A DNA stretch of 64,000 nt from Escherichia phage vB_EcoP_IMEP8. The stretch lies in sequence record NC_070993.1; one strand, 5' to 3'. The notes beneath the pieces are model-generated. The model searched no databases. It was not told the DNA's origin and saw only the letters and a list, made by a program, of their open reading frames with translations. Each line of letters starts with the position of its first letter. Position 1 is the first letter of the stretch. The translations under genes were made by a program, and so were the position numbers. Of this stretch, positions 9,777 to 20,455 are shown piece after piece.

Positions 9777-12488
9777 ATGATCGTTTATAATAACCAAGCA
9801 CCTGATGCAGTGAATAACGTTGGGCAGTTTGGTGCTACGGAAGGCTCTATCGGAGCTTACAAGCAAGCAGCAGAATATGCAGCTGATGCTAAGTATTGGG
9901 CATTACTTGCTGAGTCTAAGTTTGGTACAATTGATGACCTGATCGCTGAGGTAGAGCGTCTATATCAACAAGGTGCTCTTTTACAGCAAGATATTGAAGC
10001 CTTGAAACAGGATTTTAGAGATCAAGATGCTCGTTTAATGCAACTTGTGGCACAAGCTACATCAGCTGTTGCTGACGCTAACAATGCGGTTGCATTGATT
10101 GACCAAAAGATTGTTGAAGTCCAGAAACAACTAGATATCCTGCTTGGTATGTCTGTTGATGTTACAACTCTTCCAGCAGGAAACCCAGCAACAGGTAACT
10201 TTGACCCTGAGACTGGTGTAATCTCTTTAGGTATTCCAGAAGGGGTTCCGGGTAAAGATGGCTCTGTTACCGACCTCAATTCTGCTCCTACTGGAACACC
10301 AGTTCTAGGTGATATCGGTTTCTATGTTGACAAAACAGACAACACTGTTCACAAAACTTCTCTTGAGAGCATTGCTAATCTAATCCCATCCGTTCGTTCT
10401 GTTAGTGTAAATGGTGGAGCACCTCTTGACGGTGAAGTGTCTCTTACAATAGATAAGAATACTGTAGGTCTTGGTAATGTTCTTAACGTATCCTCTTACA
10501 GCACTGCCATTGTTGATAACAAGCTCGACAATTTTGTTAAAACCTATTTGAGCAAAGCAGAAGCTGATGCTGATGCACCTAATCGAAAGATTGGAGAAGA
10601 GATTTTAGTTTGGGAAGATACGAAGTATGAGTTTTACACAATCGATGCTTCGGGTACATTATCTCCTTCTAAAACAGAGAATCGAATACTGACCGTTAAC
10701 TCTCGTGCTCCTGATTCCAGTGGTAATATTGATATTACAATCCCAACAGGAAACCCATCTTTGTATTTAGGTGAGATGGTTATGTTCCCTTATGACCCTT
10801 CAAAGAACGTTTCATATCCGGGAGTACTTCCTGCTGATGGTCGTTTAGTGTCTAAGGAAGCTGCTGGGGATTTAGGCCCATCGCTTATTTCTGGTCAGCT
10901 TCCAGTTGTCAGCGAGACTCAATGGCAGGCAGGTGCTAAAACATATTTTTCTTGGGGTAAACTTGCTGATGGGGTTACTGATGCGGATTCTACGAACTTT
11001 ATCAACATTCGTCTCCCAGATTGGACTGGAGGAGAAGCAGTTCGTGCTCCTAGCTCTGGTGCTGATGCAGATTATGCAGGTCAGAGTTTACAGCAAATTC
11101 CTTATATTGTCTCTGTTAATGGTATATCTCCGGATGAAGGTACAGGGAATGTCCAGATTACGAGAGCTACAATCGGGGCTGCTGCTTCTGGTGCTAACTC
11201 TGATATAACATCTCTGACGGGACTCACCACTGCCCTCTCTTTCTCTCAGGGTGGGACTGGAGGTAACTCTAAAGCAAGCGCAAGATCTAATTTAGAGATT
11301 GATCGAGTTGTCCAACTCACTGCACAAACTCGAACTTATGCGTCAGACGGTAAAACCTACTTCGAAGTTGGTAATGCTGCTACAAATGCATGGGGTGTTT
11401 ATGACGGTAACCAATCTACTTGGAAACCTTTAGACATACCTCAGGGTGGAACAGGGGCGAGTAGTGCAGCTAATGCTAGGACTAAGCTGGGGCTGAATAG
11501 GATTGACCAAGCATCACCAACTAGAACAGTCTTGAGATCAACCGATACTCCCGGAGAAGGTATTTACCTCCAAATGGATTCAACTGGTAGGTGGGGTTGT
11601 TTTAGTCCTGAGCTTGGAACTTGGGCTGCTCTGGGTATTGAGCAAGGTGGTACTGGCGCTACCTCTGCTACTGCTGCTAAAGCGAATTTGGGATTAGGGT
11701 CCTTCTCTCAAACAAGTGCTGAGGCAACTGTTACTTCTCCTAACAACACATACCACATATCTATAAACAATGACGGTTTATGGGGATGTTGGAATAAGTC
11801 AGGGAGTGCATGGAAACCATTAGGTTGGGCACAAGGTGGTACAGGTTCAAGCACAGTTGAAGGGGCTAGAACAAACTTAGGGTTAGGAACAGATAGTATT
11901 CCTCAGTTTAGTGGATTAAGAACAGAAACGTCCTCTTATACTGGAATCAGCATAAAGACTTCTGCTATTACAGAGTTAGGAGCCACTGCACTATTTGAAG
12001 TTACTCCTACTGGTGGGTTCTATCTTGCACGTCGTCCTTATTCTGGTTCTACTGGTGGTTATAATATTAACTTCCCGGTTTCTGGTGGTACTCTCGCTCT
12101 TGAGGGAACCTCTGATATCAACTACAAAAAAGATATTAAACCTTACGACGGTCAAATCTCTATTGACAACATTAAGAAAATGAACTTAGTCTCTTTTGTC
12201 TTCAAAGATGATGAAAAGGAAAGGGTTCGTAGAGGGGTTATTGCTCAGCAGATTGAAGAGATTGACCCTGAATATGTTAAGCACACTAAAGAGGTTTATG
12301 GTGAAGAGGTTTTTGATGAAGATGGAAATAAGGTAGGGTATGAAGGGGAAAGGGAGCGTATTGTATTAGACTCAAATGCTCTTATGTTAGATATCCTTTG
12401 TGCTACCAAAGTCTTGATTGAAGAGTCTGAGAAGAAAGATTTGAGAATCTCTCAACTGGAAGAGACCATTAAATCACTTACTAAATAA
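9777..12488 (+). CDS. tail fibre/spike protein with C-terminal intramolecular chaperone (S74-like) domain (903 aa)
   Basis: C-terminus has DINYKKDI...LVSFVFKDDE...GVIAQQIEEIDPEYV chaperone signature; repeated GGTG motifs in the body. Confidence 0.75.
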   Translation: MIVYNNQAPDAVNNVGQFGATEGSIGAYKQAAEYAADAKYWALLAESKFGTIDDLIAEVERLYQQGALLQQDIEALKQDFRDQDARLMQLVAQATSAVADANNAVALIDQKIVEVQKQLDILLGMSVDVTTLPAGNPATGNFDPETGVISLGIPEGVPGKDGSVTDLNSAPTGTPVLGDIGFYVDKTDNTVHKTSLESIANLIPSVRSVSVNGGAPLDGEVSLTIDKNTVGLGNVLNVSSYSTAIVDNKLDNFVKTYLSKAEADADAPNRKIGEEILVWEDTKYEFYTIDASGTLSPSKTENRILTVNSRAPDSSGNIDITIPTGNPSLYLGEMVMFPYDPSKNVSYPGVLPADGRLVSKEAAGDLGPSLISGQLPVVSETQWQAGAKTYFSWGKLADGVTDADSTNFINIRLPDWTGGEAVRAPSSGADADYAGQSLQQIPYIVSVNGISPDEGTGNVQITRATIGAAASGANSDITSLTGLTTALSFSQGGTGGNSKASARSNLEIDRVVQLTAQTRTYASDGKTYFEVGNAATNAWGVYDGNQSTWKPLDIPQGGTGASSAANARTKLGLNRIDQASPTRTVLRSTDTPGEGIYLQMDSTGRWGCFSPELGTWAALGIEQGGTGATSATAAKANLGLGSFSQTSAEATVTSPNNTYHISINNDGLWGCWNKSGSAWKPLGWAQGGTGSSTVEGARTNLGLGTDSIPQFSGLRTETSSYTGISIKTSAITELGATALFEVTPTGGFYLARRPYSGSTGGYNINFPVSGGTLALEGTSDINYKKDIKPYDGQISIDNIKKMNLVSFVFKDDEKERVRRGVIAQQIEEIDPEYVKHTKEVYGEEVFDEDGNKVGYEGERERIVLDSNALMLDILCATKVLIEESEKKDLRISQLEETIKSLTK

Positions 12489-12495
12489 TCTATAA

Positions 12496-12512
12496 CCCCT
12501 TCGGGGGTTTTT
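12496..12512 (+). terminator. rho-independent terminator
   Basis: CCCC-TTCG-GGGG hairpin followed by TTTTT. Confidence 0.55.
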
Positions 12513-12525
12513 AGGAGGAATATAA

Positions 12526-14739
12526 ATGGCTAGAGAGTTAATGCCCAAATCGGGCATAATGATGCCTTATGTGGTTATCAACCGAGATGCAGCTGTAGTT
12601 GGCGTCTCAACTGTAGATGGTCAAGCAGGAGCTATAAACCTTACTGGGAAATATTTACAGAAGACTGATGCTGCTGATACCTATCAAACAAAAACAGACG
12701 GAGCCTCTAAGACCTACGTCCTAGATTCAATTCAACCAATTATGGAAGGTGCTCTTTTTAAAGCAGACCCTTTCGTAGACAACAACGTACCTTTCAGATC
12801 TGCTGGGGCTAATGGTGTAGAATCTGTTGATATGATAAAAGTTACTCCAGAGAACACGATCAAGCTTGGAAGTTACGCTTCGTCCGTTCAAGGAGTAGAG
12901 ATTCACTCCGCAGGTCGATTACAAGTTGTAGACCAGAGTGATGCTGGAGTAGAAACAAAGTATCCGGTCTACTCTAAACGATACCGTCCTGAGATTGAAG
13001 ATTTGCCATTTGCAGCAATAGGTACTTATGTTAAAGATTCTAAAGGTCGTACTATTGGAGTAAACCGCACAGGGATTAACTCTGATATCAAGCAATTTAC
13101 TCAGAAGGTAACTTTCCAGCAACCCGTTACAGTAGCGGATGCTGTTGGGGATTATGATGCAGTAACTTTAAGACAGCTTCGTAACAGTGGTGGCGGTTCT
13201 GGTGGTCCAACGATGAGTGGAATCTCTAATTTCAACATTGGTGATTTCAGACTAGTAGACAGTCGTGCTTTTATCCAAGCAAATGATGTAGTGGCTGATG
13301 GTCAACTACTCAACAGAGCTGATTATCCTGAATTATGGGCATACGCTCAAATGCTTACCCCTATTTCAGATGCCGATTGGGTATCTACTCCAGAAAACAG
13401 GGGCAAATATTCTTTAGGTGATGGAACAACAACTTTCCGTGTTCCTGACCGAAACGGTGTACAGAAGCAAGGTGTTGGTGGCTTTACTGGACCTAATTCC
13501 ATTACAGCTCTTTATGCCAGAGGCGATGCTGGAGATTCTTCAATCAACGGTACTGTATCTCCTTCAGGTGTTCCAAACATCACAGGCTCTATTACTATTA
13601 ATACAGATGGTAACACTTTGGGCTTAATTGGTGGTGCTACTGGAGCTTTTGCTGTTGGTGAGCAATCTGCTAAAGCTGTTGCTTCAAACTCTACAACTAC
13701 AGGGGCTGCTAACAGAGCAAGAGTTGTTGATTTCAATGCTAGATTCCTAAGTGATATCTATGGAAGAACTACAACTGAAGTTAGAACTAACACTTTCTTC
13801 GGTGTATGGGTGATTCGTGCTAAGGGTGCATTCATTGCTGCTAACACTTCTTGGGCTGTGATAAATCAAGACACCACTCTTCCTGGTTCTGGTACAACTA
13901 TAAACGGTGGTGAATTACGCTCTCAGTATCTAGTAGGCGGGGAGGCTGAAGCTCAAGTTTCTCTTCGAGCTAATGGTGAGGTTGGCGGTACTTACGTAGG
14001 GCGTATGAACGTCTTTAATAAAACCAAGAATGTTACTCAGGTTTATGATTTTACCGATGGTGGAGCTTTCGTACTCCCAAGTGGTGGTTCTATTCGAAGC
14101 GGTAATATGAAGTTTGACTTCTCTAATAGCACAAACGAGATTTATGTATCCACAGGGAAACTTAGAATTTCAAGTACGGAACCCGGAACCCAGACTTTAG
14201 GTATGTCAGTAATATCTGGAACGAGCAGAGCTAAAGACCAAGCTTGGTTTGAACATTGGGGTAATAGCTTTGGTGGAGGTGCAGATAAAACTCGTGTAAG
14301 TGTTGTTGAGTTAAAGATTGGTAGTAGCTATGCTTCTTACTCCCAGCTCATGGCTGATGGAACCTATCAAACCCGTTTTGCTGGTTCTGTATATGCTACA
14401 GTAAACCCTTCTTCTGACATTCGAATTAAAGAGAACGTCCAGCGGATAGATAACCCTCTGGATAAGATGAAGCTGATTAAAGGCGTTTCTTGGAACCTCA
14501 AAACTACTGGCAACCCTGCTGGTTATGGTTTTGTTGCTCAGGATGTTGAAACTGTGTTCCCTGATGCAGTTAAGAATATTGGAGAGACGGAACTTGTTGA
14601 TGGTACAGTTGTAGAAGACACTAAAGCAGTTGATACTTATGGTGTTGCTGCCGCTCTCCATCACGAAGCTATCCTCGAACTTATGAAACAGATCGAAGAC
14701 CTTAAGAAAGAGGTAGCAGAACTGAAATCCGGTAAATAA
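12526..14739 (+). CDS. second tail fibre protein with C-terminal S74-like chaperone domain (737 aa)
   Basis: C-terminus SDIRIKENVQRIDNPLDKMKLIKGVSWNL...GFVAQDVETVFPDAV matches the self-cleaving chaperone family; coiled-coil at the extreme C-terminus. Confidence 0.75.
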   Translation: MARELMPKSGIMMPYVVINRDAAVVGVSTVDGQAGAINLTGKYLQKTDAADTYQTKTDGASKTYVLDSIQPIMEGALFKADPFVDNNVPFRSAGANGVESVDMIKVTPENTIKLGSYASSVQGVEIHSAGRLQVVDQSDAGVETKYPVYSKRYRPEIEDLPFAAIGTYVKDSKGRTIGVNRTGINSDIKQFTQKVTFQQPVTVADAVGDYDAVTLRQLRNSGGGSGGPTMSGISNFNIGDFRLVDSRAFIQANDVVADGQLLNRADYPELWAYAQMLTPISDADWVSTPENRGKYSLGDGTTTFRVPDRNGVQKQGVGGFTGPNSITALYARGDAGDSSINGTVSPSGVPNITGSITINTDGNTLGLIGGATGAFAVGEQSAKAVASNSTTTGAANRARVVDFNARFLSDIYGRTTTEVRTNTFFGVWVIRAKGAFIAANTSWAVINQDTTLPGSGTTINGGELRSQYLVGGEAEAQVSLRANGEVGGTYVGRMNVFNKTKNVTQVYDFTDGGAFVLPSGGSIRSGNMKFDFSNSTNEIYVSTGKLRISSTEPGTQTLGMSVISGTSRAKDQAWFEHWGNSFGGGADKTRVSVVELKIGSSYASYSQLMADGTYQTRFAGSVYATVNPSSDIRIKENVQRIDNPLDKMKLIKGVSWNLKTTGNPAGYGFVAQDVETVFPDAVKNIGETELVDGTVVEDTKAVDTYGVAAALHHEAILELMKQIEDLKKEVAELKSGK

Positions 14740-14832
14740 TCTATTGCCCCTTCGGGGGCTTTAGTAGTAACTAGAGCTAGTAGGTAATGAAACTAATATA
14801 TCCCAAGAGGTTAATACATAGGAGATACGTAA

Positions 14833-15051
14833 ATGAAAATGATGAAACAAGCTGTTTACGGTTTAGTCTGTTTAGGTGCAGGGGTTGTGGTTTCTACAGC
14901 AGTTCCTGTTAACGCAGTCCATCCATTAGCTACAGCACCAGCTCCTGTTGAGAAGCTTAGTTCTCAATGCAAGCAGCGAACTATTCAAAATAACTTGGTT
15001 GTTATTTGTCCTGATGCAGAATCTAACGCTCTGAGAAAGATACTACCTTAA
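14833..15051 (+). CDS. small secreted/membrane-anchored protein (72 aa)
   Basis: N-terminal signal-peptide-like hydrophobic segment ending VNA; two Cys; immediately upstream of the lysozyme gene. No evidence it is a holin. Confidence 0.45.
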   Translation: MKMMKQAVYGLVCLGAGVVVSTAVPVNAVHPLATAPAPVEKLSSQCKQRTIQNNLVVICPDAESNALRKILP

Positions 15052-15080
15052 TTTAAAGGGATCACAAAAGGAGGTTAGAA

Positions 15081-15572
15081 ATGGATAACGTCGCATTGCC
15101 ACCTGTACATTTAAACTTAAGCCCAGCTGGAATGGAATTCATCATGAAGCATGAGGGTATGAGAACTAAGGCTTATAAAGATTCCGCAGGTATCTGGACT
15201 ATATGTGTAGGGGCTACGCGCGATATGAATGGTTATCCGGTTAGGCAAGGATTAACATATTCTATAGAGGATTGTCTAGCTCTGCTAGATAGAGACACAC
15301 AAGACTCTGTTCGTGCTACTCAGAAAAACATAAAGGTTCCTTTGCTCGTTCATGAGTTCGATGCACTCACCTCTTTCAACTTCAATGTTGGTAGTGGGGC
15401 ACTGAGCACATCTAAGTTAAGGAAGGTTATCAATGGAGAAGTCAAAGGTGATGTATACTCAGAGTTTCTTCGTTGGGATAAAATTACGGTGAAGGGAGAG
15501 AAGCAGAGGAGTCAGGGTCTTCATAACAGAAGGGTTGCAGAAGCTGATCTTTATACCGAAGGTAAATATTAA
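15081..15572 (+). CDS. endolysin, GH24 (T4-lysozyme-like) muramidase (163 aa)
   Basis: EG...YKDSAGIWTICVGAT catalytic-region signature of phage lysozymes; RBS AGGAGG. Confidence 0.85.
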   Translation: MDNVALPPVHLNLSPAGMEFIMKHEGMRTKAYKDSAGIWTICVGATRDMNGYPVRQGLTYSIEDCLALLDRDTQDSVRATQKNIKVPLLVHEFDALTSFNFNVGSGALSTSKLRKVINGEVKGDVYSEFLRWDKITVKGEKQRSQGLHNRRVAEADLYTEGKY

Positions 15573-15584
15573 TGGAGGTGCCTT

Positions 15585-16388
15585 TTGGCTATCGAAACTA
15601 ATGCGGTAGTAGTTACCGACTTGAATCCACTCTATCCTCGTGATAGGGATTACATTTACGAAGGGGCGGCTCAAATCCGCCTCATCAAACAAACACTACA
15701 AAACACATTCCCTAACGTCACTGAACCTGTTAATGTTGATTCTGATACTTTTAAGATTATATCAGAGAAGCTCAAGTTTACTGGTGATTCAATGGATGTT
15801 GGTGGGCTTATGATTAAGAATGCTGCTCCGGGTACTGGTGATAAAGATGTTGTCACCAAAGGTCAGATGGAAGCATTCATGAAAAACTGGATGGAGAATA
15901 AGGTATTCCGTATTGGCTCTTATTACATCACTGAAGAAGATATTAATCCGGGTGATTCTATCTCTCTTGGGTTTGGCTCTTGGGCTAAAGTTACTGGTGT
16001 TATCATGGGTACTGGTGTAGTTAACCCTGATGGCTCTGTTCCTAACGCTCAGCGTGTTGAGTTCCAAGCAGGCGGTACAGGTGGTCGTGTATTTAATACT
16101 ATCCGTACTGAGAACGTACCACTGATGACAATCAATGGTTCTAGTTTTAAGGTGTCAAGTAATACTCACTCACATAACATGATCTTTGGTCGTGGTGATG
16201 CAAGCGGACACAACAGCTCTCCAAACTGGTACAACCCAGGAACTGGATACAGTAAGAGAACTGAAGCAGACACTCACACCCACACCATTTCTGGTTCTGT
16301 TAGTTTTGGTCGTGATGATATTTCGCGTCAACCTATTAACACTTTGCCACCATTCAGAGCGGCTCACATTTGGAGACGTATTAGCTAA
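15585..16388 (+). CDS. virion/tail-associated protein with TTG start (267 aa)
   Basis: TTG start 6 nt after a GGAGG RBS; Gly/Thr-rich; position in tail module. Confidence 0.45.
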   Translation: MAIETNAVVVTDLNPLYPRDRDYIYEGAAQIRLIKQTLQNTFPNVTEPVNVDSDTFKIISEKLKFTGDSMDVGGLMIKNAAPGTGDKDVVTKGQMEAFMKNWMENKVFRIGSYYITEEDINPGDSISLGFGSWAKVTGVIMGTGVVNPDGSVPNAQRVEFQAGGTGGRVFNTIRTENVPLMTINGSSFKVSSNTHSHNMIFGRGDASGHNSSPNWYNPGTGYSKRTEADTHTHTISGSVSFGRDDISRQPINTLPPFRAAHIWRRIS

Positions 16389-16397
16389 GGAGGAATT

Positions 16398-19397
16398 ATG
16401 GCGCTGTATCCAATCAAGTCTTTAGGTGCTGTAGGCGTAATCGCTGATCAGGCTCCAACAGACTTAGCTCCTAATGCTTTCACTAATGCTATAAACGCTC
16501 GCTTTGTTGAGCAGAGGGTTTTTAAGACGGGGGGCAATGCCCCTCTTTCTTACGTAGATGAAGATAAAGATTTAACACCTCTGTCTTTTGTATCTATGCC
16601 TTTTGATTACTATAGCGCAGGCAATAGCTTTCTTATTGTGGGAACTAATAAGAAGTTATATAAGCTGACAGATGAAAGCTTGACTGATATAAGCCGTAAG
16701 GTTGCTACAGTCACTAAGAGGGCTTCTGCCTCTATTAAGATTTATCCAGTTGTTTCTAGAATTGTTCCTAAAGAGACCACCATCTCTATGAACTTTAACC
16801 AGACTAAAGCTCTTGAAGTTTCGGTTCTTCCAGAGGATGCTAACAATGCCGAGTTAGTTTGGAGTTTGAGTAACTCTTCATACGGTCAGATAACAGTAGA
16901 CCCAACAGATTCTAAGAAGGCTTCTCTAAAATCTCTAAGTAAGGAAGGTAATCTAGTTGTTACTGTGAAGACTAAAGATGAAACAGTATCTGCTCAGATT
17001 GCTGTTAATATCATTGATGGTGATTCAGGTATCTTCTTAAGCCAAGACACAGTGACTGTTCGTAAAGGAAGTAACACTACGATCACAGCTGTTACTGGAA
17101 AAACGCCTGTAACGTGGTCTACTAACAACGGAGCCATTGTATCAGTTGTTCCTAACACAAATACCCTAACTGCTGTCATCACAGCTAATGGAGTAGGCAC
17201 TGCAACTATCACAGCAGATAACGGAACGAAGACTGCTACTTGTACTGTTAATGCAATACCTCAGATCGACAGTGTTTCTTTAAGTCAGACTGATGTAACT
17301 GTTAACAGAGGTACTCAGTATATTCTGACAGCTACAGTATCCCCAGCGAATGCCCCTAATAAGAATATCACTTGGACCTCTTCTAATCCGAATATTGCTA
17401 CGGTGTCTGGTACAGGAACAGAAGCTACCATCACTGCAATCACGGCTGGATTTACAGAGATTACTGCTACCACCGAAGAAGGTAGTAGGACTGCTGTTTG
17501 TACTGTTCGTGTTGATCTTGCTAGTAGGATGTTAAGATCTTCCTTTATGGCAGCACCAGAACCAGAGCCAGTTTCTGAAGAAGTTGTAGTTCCTGAATCA
17601 GAGGATGTTGTTTATTTTGCAGCACCTACATCTGGAATTGATACAACAGGGATGGCTGAAGGTAATAATTTCTACGACTATTCTAACGTAGATGATATGG
17701 AAGGTTTTGCAAGAGCCTCTCTCTATTCTACTCCTCTTGACTCTGTAACGTTGGATGTTGTTAGCGCTTCTCTCGATGTTGGAGAAGAGATAGTTATAAC
17801 AGCTACTGCTTCCCCTGAAGGAGAATATTCGTATCTTTGGTCTGTTGATAAAACTGGATATGTTTCTACTACATCAGTAACAGGGAGAACACTTAAACTT
17901 ACCGCTCTTCGTAAAGGTGAGATTAACGTGACCTGTACAGTAAGTCAGATGACTCAGAGAGATTACGATGCATTTGATGACTATCCTTGGTATCATGCAG
18001 TAATTTCCAACTGTGCAGTAGCAACCACCCACTATGAAACACCTCAGGTTAAAGAGTTTGAATCTGAATACTTTGTAGATCTTCCGGGATGGGGTGAACA
18101 GACAGTAGTGGATAATGATGGGAACCCTTCGGTTAAGAAATTCAACTGGAAGTGTGAGAGAGTAAGATCTTTCAACAACAGGTTGTTTGCTCTGAATATG
18201 CGGGAGTCCAATGCATCTGGTGTTACCACTAACTATCCGCTTCGTCTTCGTTGGTCTAACTTTGCTAACGAGAACAAAGCTCCTACGTTATGGGATGACT
18301 TCGCTTACGATCGAGTTGTGTCTTCGGACTTGGCTTCTAACATCGTAGGTCAGACTCAAGCACTAGAAAATGGATATGCTGGTTACATTGACTTAGCAGA
18401 CTCCAACGGAAGTTTGATTGATATCCTACCTCTTAAAGATTACTTGTTCGTTTATACAGAGTTTGAAACGTACATTGGTTCTCCAACTAATAACACATAT
18501 CAACCTCTGATGTTCAAGAAACTCTTTAACGATTCTGGCATCCTTGCCCCTGAGTGTGTGGTAGAGGTTGAAGGCAGTCACTTTGTTGTTACTCAGAATG
18601 ACGTGATCTTACATAACGGTGCAACCAAGAAGTCAATCGCTTCTAACCGTGTTAAGAACATGCTGATTAACGAGATATGTTTAGTTAACCCTTTAGCAAC
18701 TCGAGTGCATTTGCATCAGGACAAGAAAGAAGTTTGGGTTCTTTATGTAGGTCCGGGAGAACCAAAAGAAAGCTTCGCTTGTACTAAAGCTGCTGTATGG
18801 AACTACGAGTTTGATACTTGGTCTTTCCGTACTATCCCATACGCTCAGTGTATTGGTTTGGTTGACCCTCCTGTACTTGAAAGAGGTCCGATTTGGGCTG
18901 ACTTCCAAGAGATCACTTGGGATGACCCATCAATCAAAGAGCTTGTTTGGAGAAAGGATGCAACTAACTTCCGCCAGAGGGTTACGATAGTAGGTTCGTT
19001 CCTACGAGGTTTCTACCAAGTAGATGTTGGTGCTTTAGATTACTTCTATGATAGGCTTAATGATAAAGTTATAGAAAAACCGCTGGAGATGAGGTTAGAA
19101 AGAACTGGTATTGATTTTGATAACATCACTAATGAATGGAATCAGAAGCATATCAATAGATTCAGACCTCAAACAACAGGCTCTGGTACGTATACTTTCG
19201 AGGCAGGTGGTAGTCAATTCTCAAACGAATATGGTCATCCACATACATCCAAGACTTATACGATTGGTGTTGATAGGCATGTCTCGGTGAGACTGAACCA
19301 TCCATACCTTTTCTATAATGTTATAGATAATGATGTTAACAGTAATGCTGCTATCAATGGTTTAACGATAGAGTTTGCTGTTGGCGGGCGGAGATAA
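16398..19397 (+). CDS. large tail protein with tandem Ig-like (Big_2) domains (999 aa)
   Basis: Repeated ...ITA..G.A.ITA..G..TATCTV... Ig-like repeats in residues ~100-370; large size in tail module. Confidence 0.6.
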   Translation: MALYPIKSLGAVGVIADQAPTDLAPNAFTNAINARFVEQRVFKTGGNAPLSYVDEDKDLTPLSFVSMPFDYYSAGNSFLIVGTNKKLYKLTDESLTDISRKVATVTKRASASIKIYPVVSRIVPKETTISMNFNQTKALEVSVLPEDANNAELVWSLSNSSYGQITVDPTDSKKASLKSLSKEGNLVVTVKTKDETVSAQIAVNIIDGDSGIFLSQDTVTVRKGSNTTITAVTGKTPVTWSTNNGAIVSVVPNTNTLTAVITANGVGTATITADNGTKTATCTVNAIPQIDSVSLSQTDVTVNRGTQYILTATVSPANAPNKNITWTSSNPNIATVSGTGTEATITAITAGFTEITATTEEGSRTAVCTVRVDLASRMLRSSFMAAPEPEPVSEEVVVPESEDVVYFAAPTSGIDTTGMAEGNNFYDYSNVDDMEGFARASLYSTPLDSVTLDVVSASLDVGEEIVITATASPEGEYSYLWSVDKTGYVSTTSVTGRTLKLTALRKGEINVTCTVSQMTQRDYDAFDDYPWYHAVISNCAVATTHYETPQVKEFESEYFVDLPGWGEQTVVDNDGNPSVKKFNWKCERVRSFNNRLFALNMRESNASGVTTNYPLRLRWSNFANENKAPTLWDDFAYDRVVSSDLASNIVGQTQALENGYAGYIDLADSNGSLIDILPLKDYLFVYTEFETYIGSPTNNTYQPLMFKKLFNDSGILAPECVVEVEGSHFVVTQNDVILHNGATKKSIASNRVKNMLINEICLVNPLATRVHLHQDKKEVWVLYVGPGEPKESFACTKAAVWNYEFDTWSFRTIPYAQCIGLVDPPVLERGPIWADFQEITWDDPSIKELVWRKDATNFRQRVTIVGSFLRGFYQVDVGALDYFYDRLNDKVIEKPLEMRLERTGIDFDNITNEWNQKHINRFRPQTTGSGTYTFEAGGSQFSNEYGHPHTSKTYTIGVDRHVSVRLNHPYLFYNVIDNDVNSNAAINGLTIEFAVGGRR

Positions 19398-19401
19398 CAA
19401 C

Positions 19402-19430
19402 AAGGGGCTTCGTGCCCCTTTTATTGTTTT
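19402..19430 (+). terminator. rho-independent terminator
   Basis: AAGGGGC-TTCGT-GCCCCTT hairpin followed by T-rich run. Confidence 0.6.
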
Positions 19431-19440
19431 GGAGGAACTT

Positions 19441-20454
19441 ATGGGTGCAGGTGGTTTTCGTAAGAACACTGGTCGCAATAACACCACACTCCCGTACAAC
19501 GTTGGGTTTCTCAATAATGTACAGGACACAGAAACTTATAACGTAGCCGTGTATGATGAATTACAGAAAGTCAGCACAGCCACTAACCAAATGTTCCAAG
19601 CTATTGATGAGATTCACGATGAGATTGATGTTCGTATCAAAGCTCTAAATGCGATGAACTTACAATTTGATGAGCTTGAGAACAGGATTACTACAGAGAT
19701 TGAAACAGCTATTGCAGACATTCAAACTCAAATGGGTAATTTATCCACTGATGATATTTGGGATAATTCAGTACAACCTCCGGTTAAACTGGAAAGCTCT
19801 ATCTCTGGTATTAAAACGAGTATTGAAGGTAATGATTTAAAGATTCAAACTGTGCAAGGGATTGTTAATGACCAAGGTGAAGAGATTGCTTTGGTTCAAA
19901 CAGAGTTGACTTCTCAAGGTCAGCAAATCTCTGACGTAGATGGTAGAGTTACCACCGTCCAAAACTCACTGTCTCAGTATATGAAGCTTACCTCCTATGA
20001 AGCTACATGGGGTGTAAACTCTTCAGTCAACGGTCAATATGCCGGAGTTAAATTAACTAACAACGGAACTAATAGTCAATTCCAAGTAACAGCTAACAAG
20101 TTCATCGTAGGTAACGGTACGACAGGGAATACCCCTTTTGTATTTGAGAACGGAAGAGCTAGAATGGAGTTCGCTGATATAAAGAACGTCAACATCACAA
20201 CTGCCATGATTGCTAATGCTAGGATTCAGTGGGCACAGATTGATAACGTTTCAGTGAGTAATGCTCAGATTCAAAACTTGGCAGCCAACAAAATTACAGC
20301 TGGGGCTATGAGTGGTACGAACTGGAGACTTACTGTTGGTGGGGATTTCCAATTAGGTGCTGGTTCTGGTAGTAACCGGTTGTGGATGAATGGTAGCCGT
20401 ATCGACTTCTATGATGCAAGTGGTACGCTTCGTATTAGAATAGGGACTTGGTAA
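19441..20454 (+). CDS. virion structural protein (338 aa from ATG at 19441)
   Basis: Track ORF starts at 19375 inside the upstream gene and terminator; ATG at 19441 follows RBS GGAGGA and is the more plausible start. Confidence 0.45.
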   Translation: MGAGGFRKNTGRNNTTLPYNVGFLNNVQDTETYNVAVYDELQKVSTATNQMFQAIDEIHDEIDVRIKALNAMNLQFDELENRITTEIETAIADIQTQMGNLSTDDIWDNSVQPPVKLESSISGIKTSIEGNDLKIQTVQGIVNDQGEEIALVQTELTSQGQQISDVDGRVTTVQNSLSQYMKLTSYEATWGVNSSVNGQYAGVKLTNNGTNSQFQVTANKFIVGNGTTGNTPFVFENGRARMEFADIKNVNITTAMIANARIQWAQIDNVSVSNAQIQNLAANKITAGAMSGTNWRLTVGGDFQLGAGSGSNRLWMNGSRIDFYDASGTLRIRIGTW

Positions 20455-20455
20455 T